DNA from: Laetmonice hystrix
Lineage: Eukaryota
Reading direction: 5' to 3'
NCBI GenBank assembly: GCA_965235115.1
Contig: OZ249436.1
Span: forward strand, 12,588,001-12,652,000
DNA: 64,000 bases
The translations under genes and the position numbers were made by a program. Position 1 is the stretch's first letter. Every line of letters starts with the position of its first letter. Positions 27,507-38,500 of the stretch are shown here, one piece after another. The notes beneath the pieces are model-generated. The model made no database searches and was not told the origin of the DNA. It saw only the letters and a program-made list of their open reading frames with translations.

Positions 27507-28181
27507 TAGGTTCCTATGAGGTCAGATGGCGCCAGGGTTTGTGGGTAGTTCCTATAACTATCGTCAGATGGCGCCAGGGTTTGTCTAGGTAGTTCCTATG
27601 ATTATCGTCAGATGGCGCCAGGAGTTGTAGTTCCTATGATTATCGTCAGATGGCGCTAGGGTTTGTCTAGGTAGTTCCTATGATTATCGCCAGAGGGCGC
27701 CAGGGGTTGTAGTTCCTATCATTATCGTCAGATGGCGCTAGGGTTTGTCTAGGTAGTTCCTATCATTATCATCAGATGGCGCCAGGGTTTGTGTAGGTAG
27801 TCCCTATAACTATCGTCAGATGGCGCCAGGGTTTGTGTAAGTAGTTCCTATGAGTATCGTCAGATGGCGACAGGGTTTGTCTAGGTAGTTCCTATGATTA
27901 TGGTCAGAGGGCGCCAGGGGGTTGTACTTCCTATCATTATCGTCAGATGGCGCTAGGGTTTGTCTAGGTAGTTCCAATGGTTTTCGTCAGATGGCGCCAG
28001 GGTTTGTGTAAGTAGTTCCTATGAGTATCGTCAGATGGCGACAGGGTTTGTCTAGGTAGTTCCTATGATTATCGCCAGAGGGCGCCAGGGGTTGTAGTTC
28101 CTATCATTATTGTCAGATGGCGCTAGGGTTTGTCTAGGTTGTTCCTATGGTTATCGTCAGATGGCGCCAGGATTTGTGTAC
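27507..28181 (+). repeat. 38-44 bp minisatellite, copy 1 (about 16 units), consensus tagttcctatgattatcgtcagatggcgccagggtttgtctagg
   Basis: Directly visible tandem units with long (44 bp) and short (38 bp, ...aggggttg) variants. Confidence 0.97.
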
Positions 28182-30575
28182 TAGTCAGGGAGCATGTTGC
28201 ATGAAATAAAGTCCCGTGGGCATTTTGTGATGAAAGCAAGCGACCCCCCTAGATGTCTTTATGGGGTCCCAAATAATACAAAAAAACTTGTTGGCAATCT
28301 AGGAATGGCGGCTACTTCCGGTAAAACGCTATATCCAAAATGGCTGCCAGTCGCCATATTAAAATTGTATGTTTCGATTCCCTTGTCATAGAATCATGTA
28401 TAATAGCACTTTTTCCACTAAATCTCATACGAGGAATCGATTTCTGGCATTATTATTTGATTTGGAGGCCTCCTTCCGGTTGAAATCCAAGAAAAATGCT
28501 GCTAAATGTAACTACTGAACTACTTGGCCTAGGAACATGTGTGATAGGACTTTTTCGACCAAATGTGACATGAAGAATCTATTCCCGCCATTATTTTTCC
28601 ATTTGGAGGCCTCCTTGATGCGGATATCCAAGATGGCTGTCAATGATGAGCTTGAAAATATCTTTTATCAGTGCTCTTGAAGTCTGCATTGACTGGTCTA
28701 TCTTCAAGCAGTTAGCAACCCCCTAGATGTCTTTATGGGGTCCGAAATAATACAAACTTGTTGGCAACCAAGAATGGCAGCTACTTCCGGTAAAGAGCGA
28801 AATCCAAAATGGTTGCCAGTCGCCATATTAAAATTGTATGTTTCGATTCAGATGTCATAGAAGCATGTATAATAACACTTTTTCCACTAAATCTAACACG
28901 AGGAACCGATTTCTGGCATTATTATGCTATTTGGAGGCCTCCTCCCGGTTGAAATCTAAGATGGCCACCAGTGGCTAGTAACATGTATGATAGGACTTTT
29001 TCGACCAAATGTGGCATGAAGAATCTATTCCCGGCATTATTTTTTTCCATTATGAGGCCTCCCTGATGCTCATATCCAAGATGGCTGTCAGTGATGAGCT
29101 TGAAAATATCACTTATCAGTGCTCTTGAAGTCTGCATTGACCGAGAATTGCGCCGACTGTAAGTTAATTGCACGTTTTGATAGCTGGTCTATCTTCAAGC
29201 AATTAGCAACCCCCTAAATGTCTTTGTGGAGTCCGAAATAATACAAAACGAGCTTGTGAAGCTTATAGCCCCCACCAAGAACTATGGATTCTTGAAAAAA
29301 CGATTCAATTGCTCTTTGAAGGGCAAAGAAAATATTGTCAAATGAAACTCCGTCTGTACATGTACTTCGTCTGCATCTTAGTAACTATGCAGTTATGTAC
29401 AGTTTTGACAGCGTTATGCAGCGTGAAGATGTATTTTGTCTGCATCTTAGTAACTATGCAGTTGTGTACAGTTTGATAGCGTTATCCGGCGTGAAGATGT
29501 ACTTTGTCTACATCTTATAGTAACTATGCAGTTATGTTCAGTTTGATAGCGTTATCCGGCGTGAAGATGTACTTTGTCTGCATCTTATGCAGTTATATAT
29601 ACATACAGTTTGATAGTGTTATCCGGCGTGAAGGCAATTGCAAATACGCCTGACCTTGATTGATCTTTAGAGGTCAGTTATGTACAGTTTGATAGCGTTA
29701 TCCGGCGTGAAGTGTTTTATAGATACAGGCAATTGCAAATATGCTTGACTTTGATTGACCTTTAGAGGTTGGTTAAATTCATGGAAATTCATGGTTTTCT
29801 CTCTCAATTTTTATCCCGTCGGAGAGACAGCCCCCAACTGAGTAGGGACAAATTATCTGTGGGTCCAGGAACTATGCGTACTTCTGGCATGCTTGTTGCC
29901 CCTCATGCCTTCTGTCAGCGGGAACGAAATCCAGAAAATGTCAAATATCACTTATCTGTGGTAAGTCTGCATTGATCGAGAATAGCACTGACTTTAAATT
30001 GTTTGTCTGGACAATCTGTTTAAACCTTGCTAACTGCTTAAAGATGGACCAGCTATCAAAACGTGCAATATAACTTACAGTCAGTGCAATTCTCGGTTAA
30101 TGCAGACTTCAAAAGCACTGATAAGTGACATTTTCAAGCTCACCACCGACAGCCATCTTGGATATCAGCATCAAGGAGGCCTCCAAATGCAAAAATGGAA
30201 TAGGTTCTTCATGTCACATTTGGTCGAAAAAGTCCTATCATACATGTTCCTAGGCCAAGCAGTTCAATAGTTACATTTTTCAGCATGGCCACTGGCGGCC
30301 ATCTTGGATTTCTACCGGAAGGAGGCCTCCAAATAAAATAATAATGCCAGAAATCGATTCCTCGTATGAGATTTAGTGGAAAAAGTGCTATTATACATGA
30401 TTCTATGACAAGGGAATCGAAACATACAATTTTAATATGGCGACTGGCAGCCATTTTGGATTTCGCGCTTTACCGGAAGTAGCCGCCATTCCTAGATTGC
30501 CAACAAGTTTTTTTTGTATTATTTGGGACCCCATAAAGACATCTAGGGGGGTCGCTTGCTTTCATCACAAAATGC
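28182..30575. mobile_element. Non-autonomous long-inverted-repeat DNA element (possibly Academ-like)
   Basis: Left arm 28220-~29240 (two tandem ~0.5 kb units) is the reverse complement of ~30048-30575 (gcattttgtgatgaaagcaagcgacccccctagatg / catctaggggggtcgcttgctttcatcacaaaatgc). Arms are rich in CAAGATGGC/CAAAATGGC and CTTCCGG. Putative left end TAGTCAGGG at 28182; no matching right terminus or TSD; no transposase ORF. Superfamily is a guess. Confidence 0.7.
29350..29770 (+). repeat. ~70 bp tandem repeat (4-5 degenerate units) inside the inverted-repeat element
   Basis: Recurrent tctgcatcttagtaactatgcagttatgtacagtttgatagcgttatccggcgtgaagatgtactttg. Confidence 0.85.
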
Positions 30576-31349
30576 ATCGGTGTGGTAAAAACCCATTTTT
30601 CTCCGAGGCAAAGACATGAACGAATCATGAACGGGTAGGCCCACACTCGCTCTCTCTCGGATTTCGCCGTCTAAAGAGGAAGTAACTGGCGCCACCTGGT
30701 GAGTATTCGGGTAGGCCTACCTCTTTTTACCGAGGACTAACTAGTTACCGCGGACTACCGAGGATCACCGAGGATGGGAAGCACATAATACTTTTTGCCG
30801 AGGACTACCGGAGACGACCGAGCATCACCGAGGATGAGGCGCCAGAGGGCTAGGCGTGCATAAGCGATACCCCGGCCTCGATGTGGCTGCCCCCATGCAG
30901 CTGGGGAAGTAGTAGACTCTAGTAGCTAGGCCCCTACTGCCTATACTAGCCTATAGCATGAGTAGGCCATCCACTGACCTATTAGGCCAATTTAGGGCCT
31001 ATATATAGGCCTATAGGTCTACTGTAAATCAGGTATTTTTCGCGTGTTTTAATTTCGCGATTTTCGCGTTTAAAAAAACGCGAAATTAAGAAACGCGAAA
31101 TAAACACTTAGAATGGCGCATTTCCAGTAATATCCGCTTACAAAACAAAACAACACTTCATTACCTTCTTTAACTTGGCAGTTGCTTAGCTCTTGCTAAT
31201 TTGCGTGGTGGGGAATTAAAACTGTTGAATTTAATAGGCCCTAGGCCTACATGTCTTTACTTTTAGATGGGGATGCCATTGCCTAAACGCGAGTTTCTCT
31301 CCTTGGTAAAAACCACGTCTCCGACTGAATCCCCATTGACATGGAAGCA

Positions 31350-31491
31350 ATTTAAGGACGTCGCTAATTTAACATAGGCCTAGAAGTGAATGGTTGCTAG
31401 GTCGTTAACTTATTTTCGACCTAGCAACCCATTCACTTCTATGTTAAATTAGCGACGTCCTTAAATAAGGACCTTTAGTAAAACTGGCCCC
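31350..31491. mobile_element. Truncated palindromic MITE related to the one at 34488
   Basis: atttaaggacgtcgctaatttaacata...tatgttaaattagcgacgtccttaaat hairpin; right end tttagtaaaactggcccc resembles tttagtgagacgggcccc; left terminus missing. Confidence 0.7.
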
Positions 31492-32928
31492 GTCGACATA
31501 GGCCTAGAACATATAGCTAGGCCTACATATTCATATCGTATGCCCGGGCCCTGATTTCAATCACGACTTCATCGAGCACGCGCGCACAGGTCTGTCTGCA
31601 TTTATAAGTCCTAAAAGTTCTACACGCACAAAGTAGGTAGCTACACGTCTGCTGGGAATGACCCGTGTGTCCAATGATCAATAGACCTTCACTGCCGAAT
31701 TATTCACCAACCAAGTCCTTTTTAATCTCCACAAACCGGAGGCTGTAAATCAATGAACGTTATAGCAGATCATGAGCGAGATCAGATCCAATTTACCCCA
31801 CCAAACACAGTCCATGATGACGGCACACGGTCCAACATGAATGGTTAATGTCCGGCCATACAGCGGGTTTGATAACATGGGCCGAGTAATGGAGACATCA
31901 CAAAATACTGGACGGTGCAGCTCATTCCGCTACCCTCTAGATGTCCTAGAACGGTTATTCCTCCGTGGTAACCTCCAGACAAAATATTTGGGTAGGGGTT
32001 CGGGTTAAGGTCAGGGATAGGATAGGATAGGATAGGGATATGTTTTGGGGAGGTATAGGGACCGGGGTTAGGGGTTAAAGATAAGGTCAGGGTTAGGGAT
32101 CCTCAATTCTGACCAGATTTCATGGGGGTTAAGATACCACGCTAGATATATACCCAGAACTATAGACTGAAAGGTGCAATAGCCTGGTGTAAAACGCCTG
32201 GGCCAGATTATTCCACCATCTCGTCTAAGCCTGTATGCTTAGGTAAAGATAGTCTCAAGATATTTCAGAGCTATGCCTTGTTCAACGTTGTTCTCTGGAT
32301 GTCCAGGAATTATAGCCGGAGGTAGACCAATAGCCTGCCGTCAAAGGGTGGGGCCACATTATTCTCGTCTCGTCTAAGCCTGTATGCCTGTCAGAGCTAC
32401 AGTTGCGGATCTACCCGTATATGTAGGTAGTTCCTATGAATACCGTCAAATGACTTCAAATCACAAGTTCAGCCGTGTTTCAAGTCACAGTCAAGAAATT
32501 AGAGAAGGAAGGAAATGATAGAGTGGTATATATAGTTCACGGTAATGCAAACCTCTGACCCACTTAATCTGCGTGACGGAATCACATGTTTTTGGACATG
32601 CACTTTTGGGTCAAGTACTGCAAAGTGAAATCTCTGCTCTGTGGATGAAATCAAGTAGTCCGCAACATTTTCCGATGCGAGTATATGTATTTTTGCTTCA
32701 GATAAATGCAGTATTTTGATACTGTACTATAAGTATAGGCCTAACCACAGTGGCGGTTTTACTGTTAAGAATTTCCGTGACGGAATCACATGACGGAATC
32801 ACCAGTGCACTTTCATCCTTTTGCAATAGGCTAACAAATGAGCGAGTCATTATCTAAAAACGTTAAGTGTGGACCGCAGTATGGAGTGGAAATGGGGGAC
32901 CGATTGACCACCTACTCTGGTGTAAGGC

Positions 32929-33864
32929 CAGTTCCTATGAGTATCGTCAGATGGCGTCGGACAGGGTTTGCGTAGGTAGTTTCTATGAGTATCGCCAGAT
33001 AGCGCCATGGTTTGTGGGTAGTTCCTATAACTATCGTCAGATGGCGCCAGGGTTTGTCTAGGTAGTTCCTATGATTATCGTCAGATGGCGCTAGGGTTTG
33101 TCTAGGTAGTTCCTATCATTATCATCAGATGGCGCCAGGGTTTGTGTAGGTTCCTATAACTATCGTCAGATGGCGCCAGGGTTTGTCTAGGTAGTTCCTA
33201 TGATTATCGTCAGAGGGCGCCAGGAGTTGTAGTTCCTATCATTATCGTCAGATGGCGCTAGGGTTTGTCTAGGTAGTTCCTATGATTATCGTCAGAGGGC
33301 GCCAGGGGTTGTAGTTCTTATCATTATCGTCAGATGGCGCCAGGGTTTGTCTAGGTAGTTCTTAGAATTATCGTCAGAGGGTGCCAGGGGTTGTAGTTCC
33401 TATCATTATCGTCAGATGGCGCTAGGGTTTGTCTAGGTAGTTCCTATCATTATCATCAGATGGCGCCAGGGTTTGTGTAGGTAGTCCCTATAACTATCGT
33501 CAGATGGCGCCAGGGTTTGTGTAAGTAGTTACTATGAGTATCGTCAGATGGCGACAGGGTTTGTCTAGGTAGTTCCTATGATTATCGTCAGAGGGCGCCA
33601 GGGGTTGTAGTTCCTATCATTATCGTCAGATGGCGCTAGGGTTTGTCTAGGTAGTTCCAATGGTTATCGTCAGATGGCGCCAGGGTTTGTGTAAGTAGTT
33701 CCTATGAGTATCGTCAGATGGCGACAGGGTTTGTCTAGGTAGTTCCTATGATTATCACCAGAGGTCGCCAGGGGTTGTAGTTCCTATCATTATTGTCAGA
33801 TGGCGCTAGGGTTTGTCTAGGTAGTTCCTATGGTTATCGTCAGATGGCGCCAGGGTTTGTGTAC
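32929..33864 (+). repeat. 38-44 bp minisatellite, copy 2 (about 22 units)
   Basis: Same unit as 27507-28181, same order of variant units in the distal part, same exit sequence gtgtactagtcagggagcat. Confidence 0.97.
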
Positions 33865-34487
33865 TAGTCAGGGAGCATTGTAGCAACCGTTTTTGTCGCA
33901 ACGTCCATTTTTGTCGCAATGCGACATTTCCGGACGGCATTGCCGTCCGTAAATGTCGCAATGCGACAAAAATGGACAACAATGCCGTCCGGAAATGTCG
34001 CAACGGACATTGCGACATTTACAGACGGCATTGTTGTCCGGAAATGTCGCAGTGCAACATTTACGGGTGGCAATGCCGTCCGGAAATGTCGCAACCGGAG
34101 GTTGCGACAAAAACGGACGGGAACGGGCATGTAAAATGTAAGCGTGTCCGCTATTGTCGTAATGGGGAAACGGGGGGGGGGGCTTTTATGGAGTAGAACT
34201 ATTACGTATTTAGGTTGGGATTAGGTTTTGTTCAATCACGTGTTAAGTTTCAAGTGAACAACCGAGTACTGAATGTATTGTTGAAGTGTTGTGTTACCAT
34301 TATTCTTGAGTATCCTTATATATGCTTTATATACACTTTCACCTACTTAGGCCTACTAGTGTGTTTAACTTAATATTTAACTTCACTTACTGATAATATG
34401 CAGTACGTCTAACATTAATAATAATATCTTACTTATAAATTATATTTAACCTAAGCTTAGTCATACACTCGCATGTTGGCCAATCAG

Positions 34488-34864
34488 GGGCCCGTTTCAC
34501 TAAGGCTAGTTAATAACCAGATCGTTAAGTTAACATAGGAGTGAATGGAAGGCTGCTGGTTACAGCCAACATTCACTGCTATGTTAACTTAACGATCTGG
34601 TTATTAACCAGCCTAAAGCCGCTTTCACATGCACACGGTTTGCGGCGTGCGGTGTGCGTTTTTGCAGAAATGGAACAACTGAAAATAGATATAACCGTTC
34701 ACATGCCCCCGGTTTGCGGTGTGCGGCGATTTACATTGGCTACATTATTAACAAAAACGCACGCCGCACGCCGCACGCCGCACGCCGCACGCCGCACGCC
34801 GCACACCGCACGCCGCACGCCGCACACCGTATGCATGTGAAAGCGGCTTTAGTGAGACGGGCCC
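34488..34864. mobile_element. Palindromic PIF/Harbinger-like MITE with CAG target duplication
   Basis: cag|GGGCCCGTTTCACTAA...TTAGTGAGACGGGCCC|cag; arms gttaataaccagatcgttaagttaacatag / ctatgttaacttaacgatctggttattaac. Confidence 0.85.
34617..34848. mobile_element. Second MITE nested in the right arm of the 34488 element; contains (CGCCGCA)n
   Basis: taa|AGCCGCTTTCACATGCACACGG...CCGTATGCATGTGAAAGCGGCT|tta (TWA flanks, Harbinger-like). Removing it essentially restores the host palindrome. Confidence 0.85.
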
Positions 34865-35595
34865 CAGGGCCTAGCGCATAAATTAAAGACCGCGTGGTCA
34901 CCGGAGACAAAGCCTGGAGGAGAGAGACACTCCAGAGAGAGAAAGGGGTGCGCGCTGGATATGGATGTAGGCCTACATTGAATACGAGAATATAACCTCT
35001 CTCAAGATGTGAACATCACACAGCTGTCCTTGTTTCTTTTAATACAAAGCCTGTTTATCTTAAGGTGAACTACCCTAAGACCAGCGGTAACAGTTAAGAG
35101 TAATTTTCCCTCTCTGAGGGTGGTGTCATCCTGAGTATTGTTATTTATTATTATTATCTTGCTAAAGTTGAACAGTACTCTAGTTATTTCTTGTATACTT
35201 GAGGTTCCCACCGCGGCCTCGGCCACTCTCGGCCAATCAGCTTCGATGATCGTTTCCAACCCGCGGTCACATTACTATTAATGAGGCCTCGGCCCAGGAC
35301 ATGTGCCGCTCTCGGCCAATCAGCTTCGATGATCGTTTTCCATGTTCCCCCATTACGACAATAACGGACACGCTTACATTTTACATGCCCAATGCCGTAG
35401 GTAAATGTCGCAATGCGACATTTCCGGACGGAATTGCCGTCCGTAAATGTCGCATTGCGACAAAAATGGACATTGCGACAAAAACGGCCGTCCGTAAATG
35501 TCGCAATGTCCGTTGCGACATTTCCGGACAGCATTGTTGTCCGGAAATCTCGCATTGCGACAAAAATGGACGTTGCGACAAAAACGGTTGCTACA

Positions 35596-38500
35596 CTGCA
35601 CCCTGGTGTTTTTCTGCCTGCAACATCTGTGTGTCATCTTTCTTTGTTTGTTTGTTACTTGGGGATGGGATATCTGATATAGAAAAGGCGTACAACGTCA
35701 CTTGCCATTGTTAACTAAACCTTGACGGCAAACAGTCATTGGGACGACCTGACAACGTTGTTGGACGCTTACAGATGGTCTGTAGGGGACACAGATTAGA
35801 TGGGAGTAGATGATAGACGAGACGTATGGCCTGCCTCCTGGACAATAAAGGCATGGAAACATGAAACATGAGGCGTCCCTATACTACTGGCTACTCTTGT
35901 ATACAAGCAAACGGTACAGGGGGGCCAAACAGTACAGGGAGGAATCGCTACAAGGTATACTGGCTGACCTAGCACCAAAGCGAACACTACAGTGAGGCCA
36001 AAGAGTACAGTCAGGCCAAATAGTACACTGTGGGGCCAAGCAGTGTGGGAGGCCAACCAGTAGAGTGAGAAGTCCCTACATCTTACCGGCTGGCCTATAG
36101 TAGCCATGCAAACACTACAGTGAGGTAGTGGAAATGAAAGGTACAGGCGAGGAGCATCTAATGTGAAAATCTGGAGAACATACTGAAATGGGAAGTGTCC
36201 ACATCACAACCATATATCTGTAGCGAACGTACGAGAGCTATACGTTTGACAGTTATACATCTGGCCTAAGAATAATAATTTTGGGCGGGCGTAGTTTAAG
36301 TTGACGTACCAAAAATGTAGCCATTTTTCGCTTATCATTGCTTTAACCTGTCTCTCGCCACAGGTGCCTGCCAGCCCGGCCAGGTGTACGTGGTGATTCC
36401 ACCGCTGGCCGGAAGGCGGCAGTGTAGTCAGCGCCGCCGCCGCCGCTTCAGTGGAGCTGCGCTGCACCCTGGTGTTTTCTGCCTGCAACATCTCTGTACT
36501 CTTTCTTTGTTTGTTTGTTACTTGGGGATGGGATATCTGATATAGAAAAGGCGTACAACGTCATTTGCCATTGTTAACTAAACCTTGACCGCAAACAGTC
36601 ATTGGGACAACCTGACAACGTTGTCGGACGCTTACAGATGGTCTGTAGGGGACACAGATTAGATGGGAGTAGATGATATAGGCCCTATAGACGAGACGTA
36701 TGGCCTGCCTCCTGGACAATAAAGGCATGGAAACATGAAACATGAGGCGTCCCTATACTACTGGCTACTCTTGTATACAAGCAAACGGTACAGGGAGGCC
36801 AAACAGTACAGGGAGGAATCGCTACAAGGTATACTGGCTGACCTAGCACCCAAGCGAACACTACAGTGAGGCCAAAGAGTACAGTGAGGCCAAATATAGT
36901 ACACTGTGGGGCCAAGCAGTGTGGGAGGCCAAGCAGTAGAGTGAGAAGTCCCTACATCTTACCGGCTGGCCTATAGTAGCCATGCAAACACTACAGTGAG
37001 GTAATGGAAATGAAAGGTACAGGCGAGGAGCATCTAATGTGAAAATCTGGAGAAGATACTCAAATGGGAAGTGTACCTACACATCACAACCATATATCTG
37101 TAGCGAACGTACGAGAGCTATACGTTTGACAGTTATACATCTGGCCTAAGAATAATAATTTTGGGCGGGCGTAGTTTCAAGTTGACGTATCAAAAATGTA
37201 GCCATTTTTCGCTTATCATTGCTTTAACCTGTCTCTCGCCACAGGTGCCTGCCAGCCCGGCCAGGTGTACGTGGTGATTCCACCGCTGGCCGGAAGACGG
37301 CAGTGCAGTCAGCGCCGCCGCCGCCGCTTCAGTGGAGCTGCGCTGCACCCTGGTGTTTTCTGCCTGCAACATCTGTGTGTCATCTTTCTTTGTTTGTTTG
37401 TTACTTGGGGATGGGATATCTGATATAGAAAAGGCGTACAACGTCATTTGCCATTGTTAACTAAACCTTTACGGCAAACAGTCATTGGGACGACCTGACA
37501 ACGTTGTCGGACGCTTACAGATGGTCTGTAGGGGACACAGATTAGATGGGAGTAGATCATATATAGACGAGACGTATGGCCTGCCTCCTGGACAATAAAG
37601 GCATAGAAACATGAAGCATGAGGCGTCCCTATACTACTGGCTACTCTTGTATACAAGCAAACGGTACAGGGAGGCCAAACAGTACAGGGAGGAATCGCTA
37701 CAAGGTATACTGGCTGACCTAGCACCTAAGCGAACACTACAGTGAGGCCCAAGAGTACAGTGAGGCCAAATAGTACACTGTGGGCCAAGCAGTGTGGGAG
37801 GCCAACCAGTAGAGTGAGAAGTCCCTACATCTTACCGGCTGGCCTATAGTAGCCATGCAAACACTACAGTGAGGTAGTGGAAATGAAAGGTACAAGCCAG
37901 GAGCATCTAATGTGAAAATCTGGAGAACATACTCAAATGGGAAGTGTACACATCACAACCATATATCTGTAGCGAACGTACGAGACCTATACGTTTGACA
38001 GTTATACATCTGGCCTAAGAATAATAATTTTGGGCGGGCGTAGTTTAAGTTGACGTATCAAAAATGTAGCCATTTTTCGCTTATCATTGCTTTAACCTGT
38101 CTCTCGCCACAGGTGCCTGCCAGCCCGGCCAGGTGTACGTGGTGATTCCACCGCTGGCCGGAAGGCGGCAGTGCAGTCAGCGCCGCCGCCGCCGCTTCAG
38201 TGGAGCTGCGCTGCACCCTGGTGTTTTCTGCCTGCAACATCTGTGTGTCATCTTTCTTTGTTTGTTTGTTACTTGGGGATGGGATATCTGATATAGAAAA
38301 GGCGTACAACGTCATTTGCCATTGTTAACTAAACCTTGACCGCAAACAGTCATTGGGACGACCTGACAACGTTGTTGGACGCTTACAGATGGTCTGTAGG
38401 GGACACAGATTAGATGGGAGTAGATGATATATAGACGAGACGTATGGCCTGCCTCCTGGACAATAAAGGCATGGAAACATGAAGCATGAGGCGTCCCTAT

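Larger units (their letters stand above)
33879..35595. mobile_element. Non-autonomous TIR element with TGTAG...CTACA ends (Ginger-like termini)
   Basis: TIRs of ~250-290 bp: TGTAGCAACCGTTTTTGTCGCAACGTCCATTTTTGTCGCAATGCG (33879) / CGCATTGCGACAAAAATGGACGTTGCGACAAAAACGGTTGCTACA (35595), with many AATGTCGCA sub-repeats in both orientations. No transposase; no TSD. Confidence 0.85.

Noticed and set aside
27575..27600. TTTGTCTAG resembling the U7 Sm site
   Set aside because: No histone-downstream-element complement or U7-like 3' hairpin; it is part of a tandem unit.
27507..33864. Minisatellite as a CRISPR array
   Set aside because: Units abut with no unique spacers; no cas genes; eukaryotic context.
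33806..35714. Cys/Arg-rich ORFs in the TIR element as a transposase
   Set aside because: Translations of sub-repeats, open in several frames on both strands; no DDE motif.
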